From Eledone cirrhosa (taxonomy: Eukaryota), in NCBI GenBank assembly GCA_964016885.1, contig OZ024761.1, positions 21,328,001 through 21,392,000 on the forward strand: 64,000 nucleotides of DNA, in the 5' to 3' direction. Below, in pieces: positions 31,501 through 43,806 of this stretch; the first letter of the stretch is position 1, and each line of letters begins with the position of its first letter. The position numbers and the translations under genes were made by a program. The notes below the pieces were generated by a model. The model had not been told where the DNA came from and did no database searches. It was given only the letters and a program-made list of their open reading frames with translations.

Positions 31501-33852
31501 ATAAACATTTAGTACAAAACAACACAATGACTACATCACATTAAATATTAAAGTTTTTACTATAATACTGGAAGGTGGCAAATTATCAGTCATTAGAACA
31601 TTAGTTAGAATGCCTTGCAGTATTTGTTTCGGCTCTCTGCACTCTGAATTCAAATCCCGACGAGGTCAACTTTACCTTTCAAGTACCAGTCAAGTACTGG
31701 GGTAGATTCTTTCTCACTTTCTATCTTTCTCTGGAAGAAATCTGCTGTACTTAAGCCTGGGGAGGGGATGATATCTCTCTCTCTCCCCTTTCTCCATAAT
31801 TCACTATTCTATCCCAACAGAAATCGGATGATAGAAATACGAGACCTCTACATTGAAGCAGCTCGCCTTTCTCCAAACGAAATAGACCCTGATGTTCAGG
31901 TAGGTGTGTGTGTAAATATAAGAGCCTGGTATATATGTGTGTGTATATGGTACATCTGTATGCATTGGTCTGTGTGTATGGTGCATGTATGTGCATTGGT
32001 CTGTATGTGTGCATGTGTGTACATTGATCTGTATGTGTGTGTAAAAAAGAATGCCTGATATATATATATATATATGTGTGTGTGCATTGATCTGTCTGTA
32101 TGTGTGTGTTAGATTTAAGTGGTTATGTGTATGTGTGTGTGTTAGATTTAAGTGGTTATATGTATGTGTGTGTGTTAGATTTAAGTGGTTATGTGTATGT
32201 GTGTGTGTTAGATTTAAGTGGTTATATGTATGTGTGTGTGTTAGATTTAAGTGGTTATGTGTATGTGTGTGTGTTAGATTTAAGTGGTTATATGTATGTG
32301 TGTGTGTTAGATTTAAGTGGTTATGTGTATGTGTGTGTGTTAGATTTAAGTGGTTATGTGTATGTGTTAGATTTAAGTGGTTGTGCTGTATTTTCAAAAG
32401 GAATTCTATTTGAAAGCCTCTCAAATTTATAATACGTTAAATTAAATAATGAATTATTTCCTTATGTTTTGTTGTCTTTTCTTATTTCTTGCTGATCCCT
32501 TCCATCACTACAATGTCTACCAGTGTGGTCTTGGGGTTCTCTTCAACCTAAGTGGGGACCTCAACAAAGCAGTTGACTGCTTCAATGCTGCACTTCAGGC
32601 CCGTCCAAATGTAAGTAAAATACAGTTGATTCTCTCATTACATTTACTCACCGATAGATAACACTTAACCCTTTACCATTTACATTACTCTATATATACT
32701 ATTGTATTTTCATGCTAAACACTTTACCTCACATAATATCGAATTTATGAGATTTTGATGTTATTTATTTCTTAAAACAATACCTTTACATCAGTATGAG
32801 TTGCCAGTTCGAACAGAAAGAGGTGAGAGAATTCTGGCCAGATATGGCCGGTTTAAATGCTAAAACATGAAAAATGATGAGATGGTCAGCCTTGCTGGTA
32901 GCTCCTATGGATATTGTGAGTTCAAATCCCACCAGCTCTTCTGTCTCAGCCATGCTACCATACAGCAAGCTGACCTCTCTCTCAAAGAAAAAAACCCAAC
33001 TAAACAAGCTAAGACCATCTATTTACTCTCTTTAAGTTAGCTATGGTCGTAAGTCCAACACCCTTACCACTAGGCCATATGCCTCCACTATTTTACATAT
33101 AATGATGACAATTTTTTTTAAATATTAAACTTTTCTGTTGCTAGGATGCCCAGCTGTGGAATAAACTTGGTGCCTCTCTTGCAAATAGCAACAAGAGTGA
33201 GCAAGCTGTCGAGGCCTATCACCATGCACTGAGGCTATCTCCTGGTTTTATCAGGTCACGTTACAACCTCGGTATTGCCTGCATCAATCTCGGTGTGCAT
33301 CAGTAAGTATTTGTTCTGCCAGATGTTGTGATGTGTTTCACAAGTGTTCTGCTACATGTTGTGACGTGTTCACGTGTTCTGCCACATGTTGTGATGTGTT
33401 TCAGATATGTTGTGCTGTGTTTTGAATGTGTTCTGCCACATGTCGTGATGAGTTTCAGATGTGTTCTGCTACATGTCGTGGTGTGTTCACATGCGTTGTG
33501 CTACATGTGATGTGTTTCAGGTGTGTTCTGCCACATGTTGTGATGTGTTTCAGATGTGTTCTGCTACATGTCGTGATGTGTTCTGCTACATGACCATTGT
33601 TTAATGTCTATATATTTTTTCTTCTTTATTTCCAGGTCAGCAGTAGAACATTTCTTGGTGGCCCTTAATATGCAACAAAAGTCGGAAGACTTGATGCCTT
33701 CTTTGGTGAACACTTCTCGACAGGTGATGTCAATGAACATCTGGAGTACACTACGTATGACCCTCACAATAATGAACCGTCTCGACCTACATGATGCCTG
33801 TGATAAATTTGATCTTGAACTGCTGAATCGAGAATTCAACATGAATTCGTGA
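22835..33852 (+). CDS. PEX5: Peroxisomal targeting signal 1 receptor PEX5, 562 aa; exons 22835-22930, 23104-23142, 25639-25674, 26259-26382, 26721-26877, 27541-27646, 28872-28990, 29177-29234, 29658-29801, 30499-30569, 31146-31343, 31821-31899, 32524-32610, 33145-33302, 33636-33852
   Basis: N-terminus [12 protein letters not shown] with conserved Cys11; WxxxF/Y motifs WADEF, WIKDF, WASEY, WQEEF, WLTEY; TPR segments [48 protein letters not shown]. Exon lengths sum to 1689 nt in frame with GT-AG junctions. Confidence 0.95.
23185..25430 (-). mobile_element. LINE (RTE-like) 3' fragment containing an internal 65-bp tandem array
   Basis: [25 protein letters not shown] on the minus strand; collinear with the unexpanded copy at 58550-58845 and fragments at 1935-2120, 35145-35300 and 37950-38165. 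Confidence 0.8.
23378..25325. repeat. 65-bp tandem array, about 30 copies, in PEX5 intron
   Basis: Unit gattctttcccaagacattctaaccacatgtctgtagtatcagagctgtgatctctcarttyaga. Confidence 0.95.
27168..27513 (+). mobile_element. RTE LINE 3' fragment in PEX5 intron
   Basis: [14 protein letters not shown]...GRPRKTW and a (TGA)n tail; contains a short internal tandem duplication near 27390-27442. Confidence 0.88.
30070..30365 (-). mobile_element. RTE-like LINE 3' fragment (related copy about 35760-36200)
   Basis: ORF 30108-30317 RHPEL...KLVLW...[11 protein letters not shown]...MFDQDVWR resembles an RTE C-terminus. Confidence 0.6.
32098..32382. repeat. 33-bp minisatellite with alternating variants
   Basis: tgtgtgtgttagatttaagtggttatrtgta; 11-aa periodicity in ORF 32100-32432. 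Confidence 0.9.
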
Positions 33853-34694
33853 ATGTGTGGCAGAGAATCGCACACACACACACAAACATACAGATACATA
33901 CACACATATACAAAGACACACACAGACATATGCACATACACACATAGAAAGACACACGAACATACACACACAGATAGACATAGAGACATACACACACATT
34001 AACACAATCCTGAAAGTATACAGAAATCAGCAAGAGAGCTGCTCCTTAACTTCTCAATCTGCTAGATATAATAGCAAAATCACCCTGGAATCTTATGAGG
34101 AAAGGAGCACAAATACATTATTTGATGTGCTCTTAGGGGTTCCTAAAAAGACAGGATGCCCTGGGTTGAAAGCCCTTCTGACAGGATTGGGTTGATAGAA
34201 AACCCTTCAACAAGGGCTGGATTGATAGAAAACCCTTCAGCAAGGGCTACGTTGGCAGAAAACCCTTCTGACAGGGCTGGGTTGACAGGAAACTCTTCAG
34301 ACAGTACTGGATTAACCATTAAGCAAAATAAGTTCATGTTTGGTGAATCAAGAGAAGGACACCATTTTATTTAAATTAACGGTTAGTTGTCTTTCTCACC
34401 CACACAATGTTTTGCATATTTTATTATTTATATATATATATATATACACACATGCATACATAATCACTACACACATATACACTCACACACATTGAGATTA
34501 TCCAATAGATCTACTCCAAGTACAAACTCCAGTGAAAGACATTACAAATCAAAACTGATTGAACCACATAATTTCCTAAAAATTTAGATTTGTTATAAAA
34601 AGAAATTTTTTAAAATCATAATTATTAATAAAGAAAGAATTACTATTATTATTAATTGTATTATTGTTGTTATTATTACTCAGAACGTAAGAGA

Positions 34695-34918
34695 GGTGGG
34701 TTTGCAGTAATCAGTAGAGCGTCAGACACCATGCTTTGCAGCATAGAGTTATATCCCTTTACATTCCGAGTTCAAATCCCGCCGAGGTTAGCTTTGCCTT
34801 TCATCCTTACGAGAGGGAGGGGTTGATAAAATGAAGTACCAGTAATGCACTGGGGTCGATTTAATCGACTTTCCCCTCGACCAAAATTGCTGGCCTTGTG
34901 CCTATAGCAGAAACAATT
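34695..34918 (+). mobile_element. tRNA-derived SINE with Nin-like central domain
   Basis: A-box-like gcagtaatcagtagagcg, B-box gagttcaaatcc, core gcctttcatcct...gataaaat.aagtaccag. Confidence 0.75.
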
Positions 34919-35568
34919 ATATATTATTTTGTTTCTAATTTAGTGTGAAAGATACCAGTTTGAGGGGAAATGTTTATGAAATTGATTCCAGTACATTACT
35001 GGTACTTTATTTTATCGACGCCGTAAGTATGAAAGTCAAAGCTAACCTCGGCGGGATTTGAACTCAGAACATAGAGAGAAATAACTTGGAACTCAGAGAG
35101 ACGCTACTTCTTTGCATCACTAAATCACAGCTCCGATATAACAGACATTATGGTTAGAATGTCTACAGAAAGAATAGCTGGGCAGATTTTACAGACAAAA
35201 CTAAAACGGCGGGAGCAAGATGGTTAGATAACATCCATAAATTCGGCTGGTCTCGTTAAAGGACCCTCTAGAAGGTGTGTCTGACGACCTGTCCTCACGA
35301 CCCTTTTAAGAAGGCGACGTCGACGACTTCGTAACGACAGAATAAATACAGAATTCAGCAGACCATTCATGTTATTTAAAATAATTTCGTATAATTAATT
35401 TTCTCATTTATATAAATTTTATTATTTTTTCGTTATTAAAAAATATGAATGCGTGCCTTTATTGTATTTTATTGCTTTTTTTGTTTGTTTAATATTTTAG
35501 TTTGGTTATCTAGAAAAATTATTCATGTATTCGTAAAAAAACTGCTAGCTTTACATGCATTCAATAAC

Positions 35569-38211
35569 ATGGCGTCTGGAATTAATCAACATCGCTATGA
35601 AAACCTTTTTTGGTATACTTTCTTTGCCGGAGCTGCTGCTATTTTTGGATTTTGTTGTTGGGTCTTTAATATTGCATATGGAAAACTCTTTCAGGACGCG
35701 GGTAATGGTTAAATGTATTTTTTCCTTCTTTTGGGACACCAGAGAACTGGTGTTCTGACCAGTTTTATTTTGAGTATATGACAACTGTAGATATGTGACG
35801 TCCCTCGTGTCTTGTAAGCAGCTCAAGAGAGTGAGATTAACGTGTGTGACGGTCATAATTCCAGCTGGGAAGGTAAAGGTATGTGAGGTTCATATTCTCA
35901 TGTGGACAGAGATCTGGGCACTCCCTCGGTATATGTTCAGCCGTCTGATGGTGGCGGTGTTGATGTGATATCCCCCCCCCCCCCCCCAGGTGTTGTAACG
36001 GGCTCAAGGTAGGGAAATTAGGGTGTATAAGGTCCATAATCTCCTCCGGCGGAGATCCTGGTACTACCTCAGTATATGTTCAGCAGTCTGCTCTGGTAAA
36101 CCACACCGCCGGCCAGCTGTTGATGGCCTCAGATCTCCAGTTGCGCACTGAATTGACCAACAACTGCGTGTAGCCGATTCAGGGACACCCACTCCTTCCG
36201 AGAAAGGTTAGTGTCCTAGCGTTCAGTTTGCTGTATTGAGGTTGATATACAGTTGGGTAGGTCCAAGGGACAGGCAATGGTGGTTACAGCTTGGCAGCAG
36301 TGACGTCGCGACTCATTTCTACAGCTTAGTATATTGGAGCAACGTGAAATAAAATGTTTTGCTCAACAATACAACGCCCGATCCGAGATTCGAACTCATA
36401 AACTTAACATTGTGAGCTCAACCACTAAGCCACGCAGCTTCACAATTAAATATGTATATATGGTCCCGTAACTCCTGATAGAGTGGTAGGAGCGCCGTGT
36501 TGACATACGGCGTTTGTTGGGCATGTTAAGACTGGCAGAGCCCAGGCCTGAGTACAGCAGATTTCTTCCAGAGAAAGATAGAAAGTGAGAGAGAGAAAGA
36601 GATATAGAGGAAGGATCGACCCCAGTACTAGACTGGTACTTTATTTATTGACCTCGAAAGGAGGAAAGGCAAAGTTGACTTCGGTGGGATTTGAACTCGG
36701 GGAGCTGGAATGAATACCATAAAGCATTCTGTCCAACATTCTAACGACTCTGCCAATTAACGCCTTTCATAATTAAATAACCATCTGTTAAATAAACAAG
36801 CAAGGAAGACTGTACAAAATTACAATGTCTTATCTTTACACTACATCAGGTCAACTTAATATTACTGCATACAAAAGATAGTTTACACAATAGCTTAGAT
36901 ATTAATTACAATGTAATGTGGTGTGTACATTTGCTTTATGTTAGTATTAGTGAATGCTACGTCTAGTGCTGGACTATATATAATGGAATATAAGCCAAAC
37001 ACACCCCATATTCTGTGTCTGAGAAATAAGTGAAAATCTAACCCCAGTTTATAAACCCAGGCAGCTAATCAACACATTTCTGAGACATGAAATATGGGAT
37101 CAGCTTATATACATCATCTGAACAACGTGTTGATTATTTTAGAAATTGTCTTGTATGTGTCTGTGTGTATGTAAGTGTGTGTATGTGTGCGTGTGTATGT
37201 CTGTATGTGTGTGTGTATGTATGTGTATGTCTATGTGTGCATGTATGTATGTGTGTCTATCATTTTCCACCATTTCTTTTTCTTTCGTGTTAGCTTGAGT
37301 TTGTATCTTTAGTTTAAGCTTGAAAAGTAAACATTGTATTTAATTTAAAAGAGTTAAGTACATATATAAACAAGTACCCTCCACCTCTGGGTCTCTGGGT
37401 CCCAACAGCCGACAGGATGCAGAATGTATTGCCCCTCTGGAGGACGACAAGGGAGACATGCTGGAACAGCCACTCAACCTCGCACCTGCAGGCCGCCAAC
37501 TGCTCTTGGAGCAGTGAGTAGAGATGTGGTCAGGGGTCCAAGAACACCAGAAGTCTCCACTGCTACAGGCTACAGGCTCTACCACAAACCTATCAGAGAG
37601 CAACTGATACTTTGTATCTTACCTGCAAACCAAACTATTTCATTTCTTCTTTATTTTTTTCAGATTATGAAGCTGTGAGCCCATGGAGGTGGCTAGCTAC
37701 CACAGTTTCACCAGTGTTGTTATCAAGTGTGGCCTATGAACGCAAGTCACTGAATACTTCCGGAGCTTTTAGTGGTTTGTCATCCCTTTCGTTGCTTTAC
37801 TTCATTGTTATTGATGTTGTTGTTGTCTATGTACATGTGTATACATATTCATATATCCACAATGTGTCTTTATGTGTGTGTGTGTGTGTGTGTATATCAT
37901 CAACATCAGCAGCATCATTGTTTAAAGAAATTTTGTACATATTCTTTTCTTCTTCTTTGCCCACTTATTCCTGGAAAGGTCATGGAGGGGCAGGGTCCTC
38001 AAACACTCCTCCCAGTAGGTCCTGTCAGAAACAACCATCGCCAACTGATCTGGCTGGATCCTCCAAACAAGACCAGCCAAGCTCATGGATGTTATCCAAC
38101 CATCTTGCTCGGGGTCTACTGCCGGTTGGTTTTGACCCTAAAATCTGTCCAGCGATTCTTTACTGAGACATATATACAGACATAAACACATATATACATG
38201 TACACACACAC

Positions 38212-38256
<45 letters not shown>

Positions 38257-38318
38257 ATCATCATTTTTACGTCCGTTTTTCCATGCTTGCATGGGTTGGA
38301 CAATATATACATACACAC

Positions 38319-38350
<32 letters not shown>

Positions 38351-41300
38351 GACTATATCTCTTTTTAACAGCCCTGTTTGTTGGTTTCCTGATGTTTGCT
38401 GCCAACATATGTTTTGCTACATCCTTGATTATGTTCTTCTTCACGGCATCAACAGCCACAAAGTTTCGTAGTGCTAGAAAGAAATCATTCGAAGAAGATT
38501 TCAAAGATGGTAGGTCAATATTCCTTATTTCTCACACCTACCTATTCTCGGGTCTCCAATAAACTCCCCCACCACCACCACACATACACTTTCAGCATCG
38601 CTGCAGGTTATAGTAGAGCTAGAGCTTTGGAATAACCAAGGAACTCTTGCCGGCATTATCCACATAACATATATTATGTACTCTTGGGTCTCGAATAAAT
38701 CACCCCCCAAACCCCCCACTGCTTATTAATTTTACCTAACTGTGGCTGGTGGTTATGTTTGTCTGTCTCTAAAGATATTTTGATGGGTGGTGAATTGTCG
38801 GAGTTTTAAGATGTCAGACAGAATGCTTTACAGTATTTGTCCCACCTCATTGCACACTCTGAGTTCAAATCCCGTCATGGTCAACTTTGTCTTTCATCAT
38901 TTCGAGGTCGATAAAAAAAGTACCAGTCCTGTACTGGGGTCAATTCTCCCTCTATAGAAAAAGTCAGCTGTGTTCAGACCTGGAGAGGGTTGGGCTTAGC
39001 CAGATTTAAAAGTGCCCTAGACACACCATTTGACAGGGCCTCTACGACTCCACAAGGAGTTGTGTGATCTTTATCGTTTTTTATCTTTTATACTAAAGAT
39101 ATTTTACCTAATTGTGGTTGGTGCTTATGTTTGTCTATCCCTAAAGATATTGTACCTCACTTTTTTTTCCAATTTCATGAAAAGATTGCCTTGTTTTACA
39201 GGTGGGCAACGTAACTGGGTGCAGGTTGTGTGTAATGGAGGGGTAGCCAGCGAGATAAGCCTGATGTATCTTTTAGATATCGGCATGAAAGAATTACCAA
39301 TGGATTTTGTTAAGTACTACCAGGCGTCATGGATGTCGACGGCTGTGTTAGGTGCCCTGGCGTGTTCCTGTGGAGACACATTTGCTTCGGAATTTGGCAC
39401 AGTAATTGGCTATGGTCATCCACGACTCATTACAACTTTAAGGAAAGTCCAGAGAGGTAAGAATTAAATTCAGTTGAAAAATGAAAAATACTTCTTAGAA
39501 CCACTTGAATAGACAGGCACAAAATTCACTCTATTACTAAATTCCTCAGGGTGGAGGATTGGCAGTAATTGGTAGAGCGTCGGACAGCCTGCTTCGCAGC
39601 AGAGAATTACGGTACTTTATGTACTGAGTTCAAATCCTACCGAGGTTAGCTTTGCCTTTCATCCTTACAAGTTGATAAAATAAAGTACCAGTTATGTACT
39701 GGATCAATCTAATCGACTTTCCCTTCCACCAAAGTTACTGGCCTTGTGTCTACATCAGAAACTATTATTAAATCCTTTCGTTTGTTCCCTTTATTTTCAA
39801 AAATTATTTTTGAAAATCATAAAATTGTACACAAGTGATTTACAAGTCTAAACATCATCACCGTTTTACGTCTGTTCTTCCACGCTAGCATGGGTTAGAC
39901 GGGTTGTCCTGTTGTGGGCAATGTCCAGTCGGCTGACCTTGTCTTGCTCGTATGAGAACTGATTTTGGCTTGATTTCTACAGCTGGATGCCCTTCCTAAC
40001 ACCAACCTCATTTACAGTGAGTGCTGGGTGCTTTTTTGCCGTGGCACCTCCATGACCACTTTACAGTGGGAGGGGGTGGGGGCATATTGTCTATATGCTT
40101 CAGCTTCAGCTTGTACCGATGGGAAGACAGGTCTTCTGTATTACTGCGTGACACCTAATACGTTTATTTTTCTGACATCCACAAATCACAGCAATTAAAC
40201 AATGTTTGCAGTAAATACGAGAAAAAGAAATGAAGTTATATCTTTAAAATTAGATGTTTTCTTTGAATAGTTTCAAGTACATCAGCTGCAGCTTGCCAAA
40301 ACACTGTTATAGACGACTTATATTGTTATAAATAATTTCTCTACAGCAATGTTTTGAGGAAATATGAATTTATTCCCAAATTTGGCATTCTGGGTGAAGA
40401 TGAGAGTTGTCATCATCACAACCATCACCACGACTACCATCACCAACACCATCATCACAACCACTACAATCACCACAACCACAATCATCACCACCACGAC
40501 TACCATCACCACCATTACAACCACCACCACTACCATACCACTACCACCACCATCACCACCACTATCACCACCACACCACACCATCACCACCACTACCATC
40601 ATCACAACCACTACAAGCACCACCACCACTATCACCACCACACCACACCATCATCCATTCCTCCACGCCAGAAATCTCACTCAGTTTCAAGTTTCAATAT
40701 TACTATATCTTGTTTTGTTTGTTTCCCCCCCACGGTAGGGACCAATGGTGCAGTTTCCTTAGTTGGTCTGTTGTTCAGTGCTCTCGGTGGTTTCCTTATC
40801 GGAATGACTTATTACCTAACATTATATCTCACCATCAACCAAAGGAAGTTACAGGAAAGTCCGTCACAGTGGCCTGTCATCATTATTGGGACATTAGGGG
40901 GCTTCTGTGGCTCCCTAATTGATTCCATACTTGGGGCAACTCTGCAATACTCTGGTAAGTAACATATTTCTTTTCGGTTTGGTTTGGGGGTTTTGTATTT
41001 TCACAATTCCTTTTTTTTTCTTTATTATCAAGGGTCGGATTGGCAGTATCGATAGAGGGTCGGACGCCATGCTTTGCAGCATAGAGTTACGGCCCTTTAC
41101 GATCTGAGTTCAAATCCCACCGAGGTTAACTTTATCTTTTACCCTTACGGGGTCGATAAAATAAAGTACCAGTAATGTACTGGGATAATTGTTGTCCTTG
41201 TATCTAAAGTAGAAACAATTATCATTAGTGGTTGTAAGGACCCTTCAGTTGTATCAAGGGCAGAACAACCTTTCTAGTGTTGGTACTATTCATGATAATC

Positions 41301-42206
41301 ACCCAGTACACTCTGTAAAACTTACCAAAGGGTTATGAAGACCCTTCAGTTGTGTCAAAAACATGACAACCTCCCTAGTGTTGGTGATCTACATGATAAT
41401 TACCATGACAATACAATAGTATATATAGAGTAATGTAAATGTTATGTGAGGTAAATCCTTTACTGTGACAATACAATAGTATATATAGAGTAATGTAAAT
41501 GGTATGTGAGATATGTGAGGTAAAGCCTTTACTGTGAAAATACAATAGTATATATAGAGTAATATAGAGTAATGTAAATGTTATGTGAGGTAAAGCCTTT
41601 ACTGTGAAAATACAATAGTATATATAGAGTAATGTAAATGGTATGTGAGGTAAAGCCTTTACTGTGAAATTACAATAGTATATATAGAGTAATGTAAATG
41701 GTATGTGAGATATGTGAGGTAAAGCCTTTACTGTGAAAATACAATAGTATATATAGAGTAATATAGAGTAATGTAAATGTTATGTGAGATATTATGTGAG
41801 GTAAAGCCTTTACTGTGAAATTACAATAGTATATATAGGGTAATGTAAATGTTATGTGAGGTAAAGCCTTTACTGTGACAATACAATAGTATATATAGAG
41901 TAATGTAAATGGTATGTGAGATATTATGTGAGGTTAAGCCTTTACTGTGACAATACAATAGTATATATAGAGTAATGTAAATGCTAATAGGTTAAATAAT
42001 TAACAAATCCTGGTGATATTTTCTCTGTTTCTTCTGCAGGTTATGACCTAGAACGAAATGTAATTGTTGACCACCCTGGGCCCCATGTTGAACACATCGC
42101 TGGGAGACACTTCCTTAATAACCACGCCGTCAACTTACTCTCTTCTTTGATTACTGCTGCTCTTTCTTCTGTTTTTTCTTACCATTTATGGTCATATGTA
42201 ACCTAG
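35569..42206 (+). CDS. TMEM19: Transmembrane protein 19 (DUF92 family), 339 aa; exons 35569-35701, 37664-37774, 38372-38509, 39202-39456, 40739-40954, 42040-42206
   Basis: Motifs SPWRWL, GGQRNWVQVVCNG, GDTFASEFG, PRLITT, GTNGAVS, GSLIDSILGATLQYSG and LNNHAVNLLSS. Exons sum to 1020 nt in frame. Exon 1 is the least certain. Confidence 0.93.
39550..39768 (+). mobile_element. tRNA-derived SINE (same family)
   Basis: tggcagtaattggtagagcg...gagttcaaatcc...gcctttcatcct. Further copies at about 4205-4390(-), 20450-20625(-), 36610-36770(-), 41035-41222(+), 45405-45620(-), 47360-47560(+) and 51893-52100(+). Confidence 0.75.
40389..40655. repeat. (CAC/CAT)n tract in TMEM19 intron 4
   Basis: Visible directly in the sequence. 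Confidence 0.9.
41405..41996. repeat. MITE-derived 60/72-bp tandem array ending at the MITE terminus
   Basis: Same unit as 5851-6800; ends aatgctaataggttaa. Confidence 0.8.
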
Positions 42207-42920
42207 ATATCATGCATCCCTTTCTCTATCTTTCCTTACCATATATGGTCTTATGTAACGTATATGTCATGCCATCTTTCTGCTATGTTTCCTTACCATA
42301 TATAGTCATATATAACAAAGATGTCATGCAGCTAAATTTTCTTACCATATATGGTCCTATATAATGTAGATGTCATACCATCTTTCCTCTATATTTTCTT
42401 ACCATATATGGTCTAATGTAACTTAGATATCATACCATATATGGTCTTATGTAATGTATATGTCATGCTATCTTTCCACTCTTTCTTCTAATGTATTTTT
42501 TTTTACCATATATGGTCTTATCTAAGATCTCATACCATCTTTTCTGTGTTTCCTTACCATATATGGACCTGTCAAACATATATGTCATACCATCTTTCCT
42601 CTGTGTTTCCTTACCATTTATTGTTATATGTAACATAGATATCAAACCATATATGGTCATATGTAACATGTCACACCATCTTTCTGCTCTTTCTTTCAAC
42701 TTTCCTCTATTTTTCTACCATCTATGGTCTTATCTAAGACATACCATCTTTCTGCCATCCATGGTCTTATCTAAGACATCATACCATCTTTCTGCCATCC
42801 ATGGTCTTATCTAAGACATCATACCATCTTTCTACCATCTATGGTCTTATCTAAGACATCATACCATCTTTCTACCATCCATGGTCTTATCTAAGACATC
42901 ATACCATCTTTCTGCCCTCT
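42170..42920. repeat. Degenerate tandem repeat overlapping the TMEM19 stop codon and 3' UTR
   Basis: Recurring cttaccatatatggtcwtatgtaac...gtcatrccatcttt; resolves into homogeneous 40-bp units at 42720-42915. Confidence 0.8.
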
Positions 42921-43599
42921 CTGTTTATTTTGTTCTATTTTATTTTTATTTTTCTCCTCCTCTCTTCCAAAAATAAAAAAAAAAGTCTTTCATTTTATAC
43001 TCTTGGTATATTGTGGGTAAGTTTAGTCCCTACCAAACTCACCTGATTCTCGAGATCACCCCAGGTTGGTGGTCAGAAAATCTGAGGAGTCCTATGATCA
43101 AATGTATTCTAGTCGTGACCAATGACCGAAACCATCCCAATTTTTTCCCTGGCGGTTTCTCTCTATGATAACATTATACAACATGTTTGTATAAGATGTT
43201 AGGATGTGATTTGAGAGAGATTTCACTGTTCTTTCTAGCATGTCACTTTACTATATAGGAGTCTCCTTTGTTGGCTTATATCACTCAATAAGCTGATATT
43301 TGGAATGTAACTTAATAAAAAGTAAATTTGGTGAGTTTGCTGAGTATTCTAATTTTTTTGTGCATGTGGGGCCCTCCAATGTTTAAATCCAACCCTGGAT
43401 CTATGATAGAAAATTGTGCATTTTAAAGTGTTTATATTTATCTAGAGAAAACCCTAAGTTTTTAATGTAGATTTATATTGAGAATTTGGGACTTCCAGGT
43501 GAGAGCCTGTCACATTATCTTTAACTCTGTTTTATACCAAACTGCCTGAAACTGATAAATAGGGTCATGGAAGAGTTAAAGATTCCGTTGATGTTTTAA

Positions 43600-43806
43600 C
43601 CCTTTAGAATTTACATTACTCTATATATACTATTGTATTTTTGTGGTAAAGGTTTTATCTTACATAATTATCTCACATAATATTGAATCTACAAGATTTT
43701 GATGTTATTTATTTTAACGTCAGTATGAGCAACCAGTTATGGTTGGTTTGAACAGGCAGAGGTGAGAGAATTCTGGCCAGATACAGCCGATTTAAATGCT
43801 AAAGGG
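43600..43806. mobile_element. Complete 207-bp piggyBac-type MITE (TTAA target duplication, CCCTTTAGMATTTA termini)
   Basis: TTAA|CCCTTTAGAATTTA...TAAATGCTAAAGGG|TTAA. Related copies at about 2121-2315, 14764-14910, 27696-27895, 29862-30064, 32666-32862 and 52788-53003. Confidence 0.75.

Noticed and set aside
35555-35758. Alternative ORF MHSITWRLEL as TMEM19 exon 1
   Set aside because: The MASGINQ frame gives the correct phase-1 splice to exon 2 and a TMEM19-like hydrophobic N-terminus.
39550-39640. tRNA genes suggested by A/B boxes
   Set aside because: These are SINE heads followed by the shared SINE core; no complete cloverleaf.
40354-40738. Poly-His N-terminal extension of ORF 40354-40962
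   Set aside because: Intronic CAC/CAT tract; the true TMEM19 exon begins at 40739.
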